From a virus (taxonomy: Duplodnaviria > Caudoviricetes): 64,000 nucleotides of DNA. Positions 1-9,847 of this stretch are shown here, piece after piece. The position numbers and the translations under genes were made by a program. The stretch lies in the IMG/VR virus record IMGVR_UViG_3300044641_005618; one strand, written 5' to 3'. The notes under the pieces are model-generated. The model had not been told where the DNA came from and searched no databases. It saw only the letters and a program-made list of their open reading frames with translations. Positions within the stretch are counted from its first letter, which is position 1. The number at the start of each line of letters is the position of its first letter.

Positions 1-172
1 TTCAAAAGCCGCATCGGCGCCATCAGCACCACCCGAGCGCAGTGTGAATCCTAGACGGTCCATCCTTGCCGAAATTCGGCCCATAAGTGCCAGAATCGGA
101 CCAGGTGTCTCTCGACTCCCAATTCCTGTGTACACTTTCATTGCCCCTTTAGCCTCAATCATTGTTTCTCAT

Positions 173-385
173 TCAGTTTTTATCTGTTTCTTGTTTTGTA
201 TTTGAATTTTTTGGTACAAACATAATTCCTTTTCCTTCCCGATCCGCTGCCGCCACCATTTCAAGAGTATCGATTGCGGCTCTAATTACCTCCGCTTTTG
301 ATACTTTCATGCTTGCTGATAGCTCTTCTAAGCGATCAACAAAATCGCTAGTGGCTCTAAATTCGATCCGTTCTTTTTGGGCCAT
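173..385 (-). CDS. Ribbon-helix-helix (CopG/Arc-like) DNA-binding protein
   Basis: MAQKERIEFRATSDFVDRLEELSASMKVSKAEVIRAAID: beta-ribbon plus two helices; ATG at 385 preferred over track start 406. Confidence 0.65.
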   Translation of the reverse strand: MAQKERIEFRATSDFVDRLEELSASMKVSKAEVIRAAIDTLEMVAAADREGKGIMFVPKNSNTKQETDKN

Positions 386-418
386 GGTGATAATTAACCG
401 AGGCACGGCCTCGGGCGA

Positions 419-679
419 TCAGCCCCAATAGGCAGGCACTGCCTGCATCCTGGGGGTGGGTTCGGGTGGTGGTGGCATTTGCACGTCCGGTCCGGTCCAA
501 GTAAGAGCTGGAGCTGAGTCTATGGAGTAGGGGTACAACCCGGTCATCCAGCCCCATGGCAGCAACTCAATCGAAGAAGGTATAATAACTCCGGCTTGTG
601 TAGGACCGTTGCGTAGCAGAATGATAACTTCTTTGCCGAGAAACTCTGCAAGATTAAGAATTGGTGACTCAAGAGTCAT
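419..679 (-). CDS. Hypothetical protein
   Basis: ORF track; overlaps neighbour by 4 bp. Confidence 0.6.
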   Translation of the reverse strand: MTLESPILNLAEFLGKEVIILLRNGPTQAGVIIPSSIELLPWGWMTGLYPYSIDSAPALTWTGPDVQMPPPPEPTPRMQAVPAYWG

Positions 680-894
680 GGCAAATACTTCATCACAATG
701 AGTCCTTCCGGTGTAAACCGGACCCGCGTGTTTTCTTGATCCAACTCAGTTAGTTCTGGGTGGCTTTGATCCACCACCAGCTTCCAAAGGAGGCTAGACA
801 CTGAGAGCCATCCGTCCCCTGAGTCCGTGCTGCGTTCAATCAGCCGTAACATGTTTCTTTGCGCATCTGTTATCGGTGGCTTGGGGTTGATCAC
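676..894 (-). CDS. Hypothetical protein
   Basis: ORF track; co-oriented and coupled to neighbour. Confidence 0.6.
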   Translation of the reverse strand: MINPKPPITDAQRNMLRLIERSTDSGDGWLSVSSLLWKLVVDQSHPELTELDQENTRVRFTPEGLIVMKYLP

Positions 895-967
895 GGCTTT
901 GCTTCGGTTCAGGGGGGTAGCGGAAATTCAAAAAACTTTGCTAAGATTCATTGGTTCGTTGGTAGAT

Positions 968-1243
968 CTACGCACGGGGCACCATTCCGTAGTCAGGCTC
1001 CAGAAAACTTTCCAAGTTGCTGTCGGGATGCACCTTCTCAGCCACAAGTAAAATAGCCCGGTGGCAGTCTTGCCTGGATCGCCGAGATCCAAGTTCGTAG
1101 GCGGAAAGTGCATAGGAGTGCGTCAACTGCAAAAAAGAGTCTCGCAAACCTGCGGGCATCTTCTCAACCTTCCTGCGGGCGTCTTCGGGAAGCCCCAGCC
1201 AAAGTGCTTCGAGATCGGCTTCTGCTTGGGGGTGGAATGCCAT
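968..1243 (-). CDS. Hypothetical protein
   Basis: ATG about 25 nt downstream of consensus promoter at 1269. Confidence 0.65.
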   Translation of the reverse strand: MAFHPQAEADLEALWLGLPEDARRKVEKMPAGLRDSFLQLTHSYALSAYELGSRRSRQDCHRAILLVAEKVHPDSNLESFLEPDYGMVPRA

Positions 1244-1268
1244 GGTTGCTTCGGAGTTGCCTGAAGTA

Positions 1269-1313
1269 ACTATACCGCTTTCTCTTCGAGAAAGAAAGGG
1301 GGGTAAACCGCCC
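1269..1313 (-). promoter_or_regulatory. Composite hairpin-spacer promoter copy
   Basis: minus: GGGCGGTTTACC..TTTCTC-GAA-GAGAAA GCGG TATAGT. Confidence 0.75.
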
Positions 1314-1323
1314 TGCCCTTATG

Positions 1324-1450
1324 CTACGGAGAAACGACCGATAAAACCTTGATAAGGGAGTGCCCGTCGATTTCAGGTTGATAGTTCTCACCAGTCTGCG
1401 GCAGCAGGAATCGCTTCTTCGATGGGGAGGTAAATTGTGTCGAATTTCAT
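1324..1450 (-). pseudogene. Small ORF, possibly with one extra base (ATT C CTG)
   Basis: MKFDTIYLPIEEAI in frame 0 would join LLPQTGENYQPEIDGHSLIKVLSVVSP* in +1 frame; span 127 = 3n+1. Confidence 0.3.
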
Positions 1451-1686
1451 GGGGCGGTCGGGTAAAATAAACCGAATAGATAAAGCACCGAAAGTAGCAC
1501 CACGAGGACAAACCCCAATGAGACTTGTATTTCAACTGGCGTAACCTCTTCGGGGGAACCCCGCTCTTTGTCCAGCTTACGAATGAGCTTCTCATTTGGG
1601 GTTAGCCTCAGCCCATCTTTCACCTCGACCCACCGAGACCCCTTCGGGTGACGGTGTTTTCGACTGAAGGGGTAGTTTCGTTGCAT
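1447..1686 (-). CDS. Hypothetical protein with C-terminal TM segment
   Basis: ORF track; hydrophobic C-terminus. Confidence 0.5.
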   Translation of the reverse strand: MQRNYPFSRKHRHPKGSRWVEVKDGLRLTPNEKLIRKLDKERGSPEEVTPVEIQVSLGFVLVVLLSVLYLFGLFYPTAP

Positions 1687-1687
1687 A

Positions 1688-2098
1688 CTAACCGCGAGCG
1701 ATCACTTCCCGAAGGAAAGCAAGACCGTCTTCAGTGGTGTCCGAGAAGTGGCTTTCGGCCTCTTCTCCTAACAGCCTGTTTCCTGCAATCCGAGGGTGGA
1801 CAGTGAAGCCCAGTTCTCCACACATAACTTGTGAGAAACCTCCGATGCAGTGAACCGTACCGCAGTTACTGGTGTTTATTCCCTCCCAGTAATTGGTGTA
1901 GTCCCCATTCAGGTGGTACGCAAACATATTGAAGTTATCCAAGTCACGCTCCACAATCCAGAGTGCAACGTGCCGTAAGTTCTCTCCTTGTTGTTCAGGG
2001 GAAAGCACAATGTCCCAACTTTCTGGAATGTGCGGGAGACTAGGGATGGTTAGTGAACTTGCCTGAGTGCTCGGACGTGTTTCGGTGGAGGTAGTCAT
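1688..2098 (-). CDS. Hypothetical protein, paralog of 2474-2932
   Basis: Shared LSPxQQxxNLxHVALWxVERDxxNFNM and CGTVHCIxGFSQVM motifs. Confidence 0.75.
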   Translation of the reverse strand: MTTSTETRPSTQASSLTIPSLPHIPESWDIVLSPEQQGENLRHVALWIVERDLDNFNMFAYHLNGDYTNYWEGINTSNCGTVHCIGGFSQVMCGELGFTVHPRIAGNRLLGEEAESHFSDTTEDGLAFLREVIARG

Positions 2099-2473
2099 TT
2101 TGTTTAGGGTTCGTTGTTTTTAAGTGAGCAGGGTCTCACGGGTCGTAGTTTACACCCGTAGTTTAACGTGGGTGGGTTGTTGCCCTGTAGCAATCACCGT
2201 CGTCCTGGAGACTGATGCCGCACAGAAGGTTGAAAAAACGCATTTTTTGCCTTGCGAAGGAAGCCGGTTTTCTCGGGAAAGTTGTCTCCTGGAGCAGGGA
2301 CCTCAGCCAGTGCTGCATCCACACGGCGGTCGAGATCGTCGAGTGTTGGCTCCCAATTCTCAAGTACTAGGTGGCCCGTCTGTGAATTGCACATTGACCG
2401 CAACACTGCAAGTGCAATTTGTTGCTTGCGGCACAAAGACCGCAGGTTTAGGATTTCGGTTTCCATTCTTGTT

Positions 2474-2932
2474 TCAAGCACTAGTACCAGGGGAATTACG
2501 TGAAATGACGTGCTGAAGGAAGGCGAGGCCATCTTCGTTGCTGTCGAAAAAGTGACATTGGGCTTCTACACCAAGCAAAAGTCGTCCAGCGGTCTCCGGG
2601 TGAAGCTCAAACCCCTTTTGACCGGCCATCACCTGGCTGAAACCAGCTATACAGTGGACAGTTCCGCATGTGCTGAGAATTTGTGGGAGTCCCTGACGGG
2701 TTATCCCGATTAAGCCACCCCAGGCGTCATGCCAGTGATCCATGTTAAAGTTGTGAGAATCGCGTTCGACCACCCACAAGGCCACATGTAGCAGGTTAGC
2801 CTCCTGCTGATCAGGGGAAAGCCGGTCGGCGAAGAGCCAAGTAACAGGAATGAAAGGTAAGGGGGGCAGTCCGAGGGGGGTGTCTAACGCGATTGCCTGG
2901 GCATGCCGGACCGCTTGTGCAGTGAGAGTCAT
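2474..2932 (-). CDS. Hypothetical protein, paralog of 1688-2098
   Basis: Same motifs; ATG 2932 (MTLTAQ) preferred. Confidence 0.75.
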   Translation of the reverse strand: MTLTAQAVRHAQAIALDTPLGLPPLPFIPVTWLFADRLSPDQQEANLLHVALWVVERDSHNFNMDHWHDAWGGLIGITRQGLPQILSTCGTVHCIAGFSQVMAGQKGFELHPETAGRLLLGVEAQCHFFDSNEDGLAFLQHVISRNSPGTSA

Positions 2933-3085
2933 TTTGTTTGGTAATGAGACGGGGGAGTCAGGCTCGGGTCTGGGGCCGATTGAGGACAAGAATAAACGAA
3001 ACCAAACCAAGCAACGTGAAGAAGATGCTGTGAAGTGCGGAAAGGTCGTTCAGGGGGAACATGGTTGCTCAAGTGGACTGAAGTA

Positions 3086-3130
3086 ACTATACCGCTTTCC
3101 TGTCGGAAAGGTAAGGGGGGTAAACCGCCC
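3086..3130 (-). promoter_or_regulatory. Composite hairpin-spacer promoter copy
   Basis: plus: actataccg ctttcc-tgtc-ggaaag gtaagggggg taaaccgccc. Confidence 0.75.
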
Positions 3131-3134
3131 CCTT

Positions 3135-3410
3135 TCAGAGTCTTACAGGAACAAGAGTGGCAGCCTCAGAGCGAGTGCGAGCTATCTCGTTGCAGTCGGC
3201 TTCACTCAGACCCGTCATGCTCTGCAGTTCGTGGTCTTGCACTCCATCCAAAACGGTCACGAGTGCGCGAGCAAAACGTTCGGCTTTCACCTCTGCTTCC
3301 CCTCGCTTCTCGTTCTCGTACAAGACACGGTTTTCAAGCGTTGTAAGCAAATCGGATGCGTTATCAAGGGGTCTTATAACTCTAAGAGTCACCGCGTTAG
3401 TGGAATCCAT
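3135..3410 (-). CDS. Hypothetical protein
   Basis: ATG 3410 follows promoter at 3437. Confidence 0.65.
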   Translation of the reverse strand: MDSTNAVTLRVIRPLDNASDLLTTLENRVLYENEKRGEAEVKAERFARALVTVLDGVQDHELQSMTGLSEADCNEIARTRSEAATLVPVRL

Positions 3411-3436
3411 TGTTTTTGGAGGAACACAACTCATTT

Positions 3437-3481
3437 AGTATACCGTTTCTGCCCCGCAGAGAAAAGGGGGGTAAACCGCCC
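3437..3481 (-). promoter_or_regulatory. Composite hairpin-spacer promoter copy
   Basis: plus: agtataccg tttctgc-ccc-gcaga gaaaagggggg taaaccgccc. Confidence 0.75.
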
Positions 3482-3524
3482 ATACTGGAGAGTTCACACA
3501 CGGTCAAGACCAACTCAAAGGAAA

Positions 3525-4688
3525 TCACACCAACTTAAAAAAGTCTTTTTTCGACAGTTGAACAATAACACCCTTCGAGACAGACTCAATGGTCAGGTTT
3601 TCGTCAGTAACCCCAACCCCGTCAACTTTTACAGAGCCTGCCTTTATTTTACGTCGAGCCTCGCTTGTGCTTTCTACCAAATTGAGTGTTTTTAGGATGG
3701 TAGCTAGACGGCAGGGAAAATCCACTCCCTTAGTCGAAACTTCCGGCACGTTAACTTCAATTGTCTGTGAGAAAACAAGGGCCTCGGAGTCTTTCAGTGC
3801 CTTCAGAGCTTTCTCCCTTCCATGGAAGGTGGAGACGACTTCTACGGCCATTCGCTTCTGTCTTTCTCGAGGATTTTCCGGAAACTGATCCAGGTTGCAG
3901 TCGGTGAGGAGTGTAATGTAATCGTTAACCAATTGGTCCGGAACCTTCTCAAGTTTAGAGAACATTTGAAGTGGGTGTTCGTCGAGTCCAATGGCATTGT
4001 TCAGACTTTTGCTCATTTTTTGCACTCCGTCGGTGCCCGGTAGAATTGGCATTAGCATACCAACTTGCTGGACCGGTGAGTCGAAATGTTTTTGAACCTC
4101 TCTACCCAAGCCAACATTGAATTTCTGGTCAGTGCCACCGAGCTCTACGTCCGACTCTACATGAAAACTGTCGTACCCTTGGAGCAAAGGGTACATAAAC
4201 TCGTGTAGCCTAATCGGAGTTTGTAACTCAATGCGGTGTGCAAAATCTTGCTTTGCAATCATTTGCTGTACAGTTGTTATGGACTGAAGTTTAACAATGT
4301 CTGACAAGTGTAGGCACTCTAAATGGCTAGAGTTGAGAACCAGCTCACATTTTTCCAGGTTTACGAAGCGTGATATTGCTGTAATGAAGCTGTCAATGTT
4401 GGAATCTACTTCTTCTTTTGAAAGTTGCTTTCTTACCGAGGACTTTCCCGTGGGGTCCCCTATTCTTGCAGTGAAGTCACCAATAATGACAACGGGAATG
4501 TGGCCCTGGTCCTGAAAAGTCCGTAGCTTACGAAGAAGTACAGAATGCCCCAGATGCAAAAAGTTTGAGGTCGGGTCGAACCCAAGTTTTATCCTCTTCT
4601 GGGTCGTGAAAAAAGTATCGTCTGCTATTGCGGGAAAAGTGTCAATTATTCCACGGGTTAGGCTTGAAGGAGGTTTAGATGTGAACAT
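3525..4688 (-). CDS. tyrS: Tyrosine--tRNA ligase
   Basis: GFDPTSNFLHLGH (HIGH), KMSKS, DVELGGTDQKFN, C-terminal S4 domain; promoter at 4708 places start at ATG 4688 rather than 4796. Confidence 0.95.
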   Translation of the reverse strand: MFTSKPPSSLTRGIIDTFPAIADDTFFTTQKRIKLGFDPTSNFLHLGHSVLLRKLRTFQDQGHIPVVIIGDFTARIGDPTGKSSVRKQLSKEEVDSNIDSFITAISRFVNLEKCELVLNSSHLECLHLSDIVKLQSITTVQQMIAKQDFAHRIELQTPIRLHEFMYPLLQGYDSFHVESDVELGGTDQKFNVGLGREVQKHFDSPVQQVGMLMPILPGTDGVQKMSKSLNNAIGLDEHPLQMFSKLEKVPDQLVNDYITLLTDCNLDQFPENPRERQKRMAVEVVSTFHGREKALKALKDSEALVFSQTIEVNVPEVSTKGVDFPCRLATILKTLNLVESTSEARRKIKAGSVKVDGVGVTDENLTIESVSKGVIVQLSKKDFFKLV

Positions 4689-4707
4689 AGGCTTGGTGAT
4701 TAAACTA

Positions 4708-4750
4708 ACTATACCGTTTCTGCAGAGCAGAAACAAGACGGAAAACAGAA
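4708..4750 (-). promoter_or_regulatory. Composite hairpin-spacer promoter copy (tyrS)
   Basis: minus TTGTTT-17 nt-TATAGT with TTTCTGC-TCT-GCAGAAA dyad. Confidence 0.8.
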
Positions 4751-4805
4751 CGTTTAGGGCGGTTTGCCCCCCTAAAACTTTGCACGACCCTAACAACTCG
4801 AAAGA

Positions 4806-5111
4806 TCACACATCCTGCGACTGGCTTTTCAGGGCAACCTCCAACTGCTGAAGTCGTAGCTCAATGCTTTGCAACCTGTCTTCCGTTTCCCTTTCCATTT
4901 TTATCCTGTGCTCACGGCGTTGAGCATGCTTAAGGTGAATCTCCTCCCGCAGTCTTGAGTTTTCTTTCTTAAGCCTTGCTGTTTGTTCCCTGTACTGGGC
5001 GGTCTCCTTTTCAATTATTGCTGTTTCCTCACGAATTCGAGCCGTTTCTTCTCTCGTATCTCTCGTCATTTGCTGTAGTCTCGAAATGTTGTCTTCCATC
5101 ACCCTGCTCAA
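4806..5111 (-). CDS. Coiled-coil hypothetical protein
   Basis: Heptad-like ETAxIxxE repeats. Confidence 0.65.
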   Translation of the reverse strand: MSRVMEDNISRLQQMTRDTREETARIREETAIIEKETAQYREQTARLKKENSRLREEIHLKHAQRREHRIKMERETEDRLQSIELRLQQLEVALKSQSQDV

Positions 5112-5374
5112 ACTTTTATTAGGGGGGTAGCCTTTCCCCCCCGTCTAGTGAAAGGTACATCAAGCGGTGCCGTGTGCGGGGCTCTCGTGGCACTAAGATA
5201 AACCCTGTGGTGCTTAAGACCGTTCACACAGTGAATCGTTGACTCCCCCGTTTTCCACCAATGTAGAGTGTCTTCAATCCACACGGATAAGCGAAAGGGT
5301 CGACTTCCGCCACGGGCACCGTCCTCCCATCCAAATCTTAATACCTTGTCAGTAATTGATCTTAGCTTGTTCAT
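5108..5374 (-). CDS. Hypothetical protein
   Basis: ORF track; 4-bp overlap. Confidence 0.55.
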   Translation of the reverse strand: MNKLRSITDKVLRFGWEDGARGGSRPFRLSVWIEDTLHWWKTGESTIHCVNGLKHHRVYLSATRAPHTAPLDVPFTRRGGKATPLIKV

Positions 5375-5488
5375 TTGTTTTCAACAAAGTAATTGTCTAG
5401 TCCGTTATTGTGCAAGTCTGCGCATAATAGTCACTTAGAGCAATTGACCTGGCTTGTTCTTCGTCGTTCGCCCAACAGTGCGTCGTTC

Positions 5489-5844
5489 TTACGAGTTCCC
5501 CTTTAGACCTGATACGGAGTTCTCTCGAGGGTGGAATAGCGCAACCAGCACCCACAACATAACACTTTTAACCTCACCAGACACTACTTTCACAAACCAG
5601 AACTTTTGCCCAGGGGGATTCTCCGTAAAAGGATCCAAGAAGTACTCTTTGATTTCCGAGTACGGACGACTCTTTTTAGGTCCTCAGCGAGTTTCATGGT
5701 TGAGAAACAGGCGCAAGTTGTCCTTTGCTTGCTCGGTCGGAAGCAGATAACGAACTGGAGCTAGCACAGGATTCCCGGCACTCTCACTCTCAAGAGAGCG
5801 GAAGTCGTGGTGAGGACATCATAAAAAGGGTCACGGCAGGGCAT
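5489..5844 (-). pseudogene. Disrupted hypothetical gene (1-base deletion plus in-frame TGA at 5684-5686)
   Basis: MPCRDPFY then protein-like frame CPHHDFRSLE...NHETR*GPKKSRPYSEIKEYFLDPF...; span 356 = 3n+2. Confidence 0.4.
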
Positions 5845-5882
5845 TTTACTCAGGGGTGTGGTTAGGGTTTTAAAGGGCTGAG

Positions 5883-6254
5883 CTACTTGAAGTTGGACTC
5901 CGCAGTTATCTGCTCTACGACGTCTTGCGCAAGAGCACGGCAGTTGCTTCGGCGATAGAGACCGACTACTGCCCAGTGGGGGAAGCCGTAAGCTCCTCCA
6001 GTATAGCTGTTGTCTCCGGTTTGGAAACCCCAAGAGAAGGAACCGTCATCGTTCAAATCGGCACCAATCGTCACCAAAAATCCCGGAATGCTGTCTTCCT
6101 CGTGAGCTCGGTAGTCGTTTTGAATGTCTTTTTTCAGAGATTTCAATAGGGATTCGACTTCTTTCTCAAGAACTTTTGTTGGAGCGAACGTCATTTGGAT
6201 AATTTGGGTGAACTCTTTAGGTTGGCGACCGCGCTCGGGACTCCGAGGAGCCAA
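5883..6254 (-). CDS. Hypothetical phage protein
   Basis: Conserved-looking WGFQTGDNSYTGGAYGFPHWAV motif; start may be ATG 6194. Confidence 0.7.
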   Translation of the reverse strand: MAPRSPERGRQPKEFTQIIQMTFAPTKVLEKEVESLLKSLKKDIQNDYRAHEEDSIPGFLVTIGADLNDDGSFSWGFQTGDNSYTGGAYGFPHWAVVGLYRRSNCRALAQDVVEQITAESNFK

Positions 6255-6514
6255 GTTAAGCGAAAAGCGCAGCCCCAGCGATCACAAATATACTTAAGGC
6301 TTGACTCGATGCTTTCCAGACTCGTGTAGCCATAGGTCTCCTCGCCGCTCCTTCTGTCTGGGTCGTAAGCAAAGTGAAAAGCCCGGAGCGCCTGAATGGC
6401 TTTCCTATTCTTCTCAATTTTACGTACCTCTTCACCCAGGTCCACAGGGTACGAGAAGTCGAAAACTTCACGTCGGATGCGCGATTGGAGCCGCTTTTTA
6501 ACTTTCTTTTTCAT
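6191..6514 (-). CDS. Hypothetical protein
   Basis: ATG directly below promoter at 6522. Confidence 0.65.
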   Translation of the reverse strand: MKKKVKKRLQSRIRREVFDFSYPVDLGEEVRKIEKNRKAIQALRAFHFAYDPDRRSGEETYGYTSLESIESSLKYICDRWGCAFRLTWLLGVPSAVANLKSSPKLSK

Positions 6515-6521
6515 GGTCTAA

Positions 6522-6590
6522 GTTTAGCTCTTTTGCTCCACGAAGGCAAGGGGGGAAACCGTCTGCCCCGGCACGGTTAACCGTTTTCTG
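6522..6590 (-). promoter_or_regulatory. Composite promoter copy inside 3' end of upstream ORF
   Basis: minus GGTTAACC..GGTTTCCC..TTGCCT-17 nt-TAAACT. Confidence 0.65.
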
Positions 6591-7195
6591 CTTACCCAGT
6601 CTCCGTAGCTTCCTTCAAAGTCCAACGGGTAAGGCTTCAGCACACTGAATCGTGCGGCTTCCTCCAAAGCGTCAAGTGCTTCACCCCTGGTTAGGAAGAC
6701 GACTATATTCCACCCAGGGGATACAACTTCCCCCTTAATATACTTTGCTCTTTCGTACACCCCTCTGTGAACGACACCCCAGCACCTTCCGGAGCCTTCG
6801 CAAACTCTTGCATGAGACACCCACTTACACCCCTGAAGACTAACCCCTCGTCTGGCGTCTGCAGGGACAACAAGTCTAATCAAGCCAGAGTCGGCTATCG
6901 TATAAGCATGAAATGCCCCCTGGACTGGAATACCCCCATGGTGGGGTAGGATGGTACCCACAAAAGAAGATTTGAGTGCCCCGAAACTACACCCCTCAAA
7001 CAAAGCACCTTTGAGTATAGCACCATTAAAGTTGCAACGGCGAATGAGGGAGTGCCTAAAGTCAGAACCAGTTAAGTCAGCGAAGCTGAAATCAACATCC
7101 CAGAGTTTGGACCTGAAGAAAGTGCTGTAAGGCATATCGGACCCCGAAAAGTCCTTAGAAACAAGGTGTTTCCGGTGGAAATTAGACTCCCTCAT
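6524..7195 (-). CDS. Pentapeptide-repeat protein
   Basis: DFSGSDM..DFSFADLTGSDFRHSLIRRCNFNGAILKGALF repeats. Confidence 0.8.
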   Translation of the reverse strand: MRESNFHRKHLVSKDFSGSDMPYSTFFRSKLWDVDFSFADLTGSDFRHSLIRRCNFNGAILKGALFEGCSFGALKSSFVGTILPHHGGIPVQGAFHAYTIADSGLIRLVVPADARRGVSLQGCKWVSHARVCEGSGRCWGVVHRGVYERAKYIKGEVVSPGWNIVVFLTRGEALDALEEAARFSVLKPYPLDFEGSYGDWVSRKRLTVPGQTVSPLAFVEQKS

Positions 7196-8403
7196 CCTTC
7201 TCCCCTGGTAGCTGCTTGCTCAACCCTACTGGCGTCACTGTTGGGGCGAGTGTGGCCCATCCACATACTTCCCGCTTCATATTCACCATTTGAAGATAGC
7301 ACTCCCACATTCTGGGGTAGGGGGATGGCATTGTGAGGGAGCCAGTGGGTTTGGAAAAATACTCCACCCTGACCATCTTTAGTGGAAGATAAACCAAACA
7401 CCCAGGACGGTGAAGCCCTGGCCGCAAGGGGTTTCATCAACCACCAACAGCGTCCCTCATTATCACAATCCTCTCTTCCCGGCAGCCGCTCGGATACAGA
7501 TACTGGCTCTAAGCCGTTTGACGGGCTATGCTTTCCGATTTCGTGTCGTTTGATCACCGACCTTATATTTTCCAGGAGTTCTTCACATTTTTCAAGACCT
7601 GATTCAAGGTGACCACATTGTTCGGCAAAATAATTATGAGCATTGCTGGGGCCGCAATCAACAGGGGACTCACCCTCAACTACATCTGTCAAGATGGCCT
7701 CAGCTTTTACCAAGGCATCGACAGTCTCTTTCACTTTCCCCTGGTCCACCTCATGCGTAATCCGCAGGGTGGCCAGCTCGGCAGCCTGCTGCTGGAGCAG
7801 GGTGGCAGAGCGGAAATACCAATCCTTTACTCCTAGGTCTGCCATCTGTCCACGCTTGTTAAGCCATTCCGCAACCCCCGCCACCTCCCCCGGCTCCGGC
7901 TCAGCCAGGGTGGCGGGGTTGCCCCGGCGGGCGAGGACGGCGCGAGCAGTTTTCCGCGCCTTGACCTGCATTGGACCGCCGCCACGCTCTACCCACTCGC
8001 TTAGGCCATAGATGGCGGGGATGTCGGGAACCGCGAACCTCATCGACGCGTAAACTAGCTGCGCCACCTGTTCGATCTGCTCGTCGCTTGGCCCATCACT
8101 CACCTCCGACGCTGGCGGGGTGGATTGGCCCCATTGGGCAAGGACAGCCAGCATCAGATCAGACAGCTCAAGGTGAGCCGATTCCAGGGAGCCGCCAGAC
8201 TTCAGCCATGTTGCCCAGGGCTCACGGCCACATGCGAAAGCGAGCATGCTCGCATGGTCTGGAATTGGCACATTCTCACTAGGCTCGGCATCTAGTGCAG
8301 CGGTAGCTGCATCAATGGCGTCATTTATTAAGCCGACATTGAAGGAGTCAGCGAAGTCGATTTCCTCTCCTTTAGAATTGACGTAGTTATGGGACTTTGC
8401 CAT
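7192..8403 (-). CDS. Mosaic hypothetical protein
   Basis: 403-aa ORF; ERLPGxEDCDxxGxCWW module shared with 34135-34563. Confidence 0.7.
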   Translation of the reverse strand: MAKSHNYVNSKGEEIDFADSFNVGLINDAIDAATAALDAEPSENVPIPDHASMLAFACGREPWATWLKSGGSLESAHLELSDLMLAVLAQWGQSTPPASEVSDGPSDEQIEQVAQLVYASMRFAVPDIPAIYGLSEWVERGGGPMQVKARKTARAVLARRGNPATLAEPEPGEVAGVAEWLNKRGQMADLGVKDWYFRSATLLQQQAAELATLRITHEVDQGKVKETVDALVKAEAILTDVVEGESPVDCGPSNAHNYFAEQCGHLESGLEKCEELLENIRSVIKRHEIGKHSPSNGLEPVSVSERLPGREDCDNEGRCWWLMKPLAARASPSWVFGLSSTKDGQGGVFFQTHWLPHNAIPLPQNVGVLSSNGEYEAGSMWMGHTRPNSDASRVEQAATRGEG

Positions 8404-8414
8404 TTTGACTCAGG

Positions 8415-8672
8415 TTAGTTGAAGGGAACGGGAAACAACTCAATCTTTACGGACACGTCGGCGTTCCTTCCTGTGTGCATTGGGGAGTCGTCATAGCTAA
8501 TGAACCAGTGGGCGTCACCTACACGGTAGGTTACTTGCTCTAGTGTCAACGTGCTTCCCTTTGCCGGAATACTACTTAATTCCAAGTCGTAAAATCTGCA
8601 CTCGATGGTGCGGTTTTCAAGGTGGGCGTTTGTGAATGTGACTTTGTACATTTGTCTCGGGTAGGTGCGCAA
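8415..8672 (-). CDS. Hypothetical protein
   Basis: ORF track. Confidence 0.55.
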   Translation of the reverse strand: MRTYPRQMYKVTFTNAHLENRTIECRFYDLELSSIPAKGSTLTLEQVTYRVGDAHWFISYDDSPMHTGRNADVSVKIELFPVPFN

Positions 8673-8687
8673 GGAGAAAGGGACTAG

Positions 8688-9797
8688 TCAGGAAATTCCG
8701 AGCAAAACGTCGAGCTTTTTCGGGGTTAAACCTTCGAGCCACTCTGCAAAGGATCCGACTTTGCCGGATCGAATCGCAAAGCATGCTCCAGAAAGTTCTT
8801 TTGACTCGGCAAGTACGGCTTGAGCGAAATCCTTCTGGTTAAGATGGTTGTGAGCCCTCATGTTCTCGCTCACCGCACTCTCCATCACTTCGATGGAACG
8901 CAGGTGAACGTCAAAACCCCTACGATACTCGGGAAAGTGAAGCAGAAACTCTTCCAAGTCGTCGTTCAGGAAAAGCTCGGAGAAATCCGGTTCTCCGTTT
9001 CCTTTAACCCTGTGCAACTGACAGTAGACGTTGGACTTGTCTTTCTGGCGGTTTCCGTTTCCGTCGACAATAATTACGCCTTCAGCGGTACCACGAGAAG
9101 AGTCGTTTACAAACTGGGTTACAGCTTCATGTGAGCGCAGGTCGTAGGTCTGAGCGAGATTGAATCGGTTCTCAAAGTACTTGAGATCCTTTTCGTTCAG
9201 GTCATCTATTACGCTACGGACAGTTAAGAGAGGTAAAAGGGGAGTCTCGTAGTCTACAACAATTTTGTTGTCTTTGTGGCACAATTCATAGATATACACG
9301 AAATTAGGGTCCAGGTCCACCCGCTCGTAGCCAACTTCGTCAAACACGTGCCAAAACAACTCGGAGAAGGAGCGACCCGTGGTTCCTACTTCCGAGGAAC
9401 CAGCGACTGAACCGGAGGTTGAAACTACCCAATCCCCCTTATAGCTAAACAACTTGATCAGAGACCCGTCATACTTCTCAGCTACACGGGCAGTGGACCA
9501 ATCAATCTCAGCGGCATACCCCTCGCCAACGTTGAAAAAGCGATCGAAGGCGTACGCAACCAGCCGAAAGTACGGGGAGCCCGTACCATCGTCAACGAGT
9601 TCGACTACGGCACCACGGCAGGCACGAACGATCGGCAGTGCCTTGTCCGCCATTACACTGCCGTACTTCAAGTTGTAGAGAGCAGGGTAACGTTCGTCGC
9701 GAGCAACACGAATGTCGTGTTCAGCGAGTGCTTCAAAAGCGGTCTCGACACGGTAGTTTAACCAGTCGATTAGAAAGTGGCGCAGGTTTATTTCCAT
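8688..9797 (-). CDS. T4 Rnl1-like RNA ligase
   Basis: Motif I EKYDGSLI, AFDRFFN, YELCH..N.IV, EGVII. Confidence 0.85.
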   Translation of the reverse strand: MEINLRHFLIDWLNYRVETAFEALAEHDIRVARDERYPALYNLKYGSVMADKALPIVRACRGAVVELVDDGTGSPYFRLVAYAFDRFFNVGEGYAAEIDWSTARVAEKYDGSLIKLFSYKGDWVVSTSGSVAGSSEVGTTGRSFSELFWHVFDEVGYERVDLDPNFVYIYELCHKDNKIVVDYETPLLPLLTVRSVIDDLNEKDLKYFENRFNLAQTYDLRSHEAVTQFVNDSSRGTAEGVIIVDGNGNRQKDKSNVYCQLHRVKGNGEPDFSELFLNDDLEEFLLHFPEYRRGFDVHLRSIEVMESAVSENMRAHNHLNQKDFAQAVLAESKELSGACFAIRSGKVGSFAEWLEGLTPKKLDVLLGIS

Positions 9798-9847
9798 TTT
9801 TTAGTATGGGGGTCAGCCGAGGAGGGAAAGGGAGTGAACGTTCCTCT

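Noticed and set aside
1688-2932. Diversity-generating retroelement TR/VR pair
   Set aside because: Similarity is at protein level with broad divergence, and there is no reverse transcriptase in the window.
3525-4796. Track start sites upstream of promoter copies (tyrS 4796, 11815, 45111, 61337, 63296)
   Set aside because: The consensus promoter lies inside these extensions, so the next downstream ATG is the likelier start.
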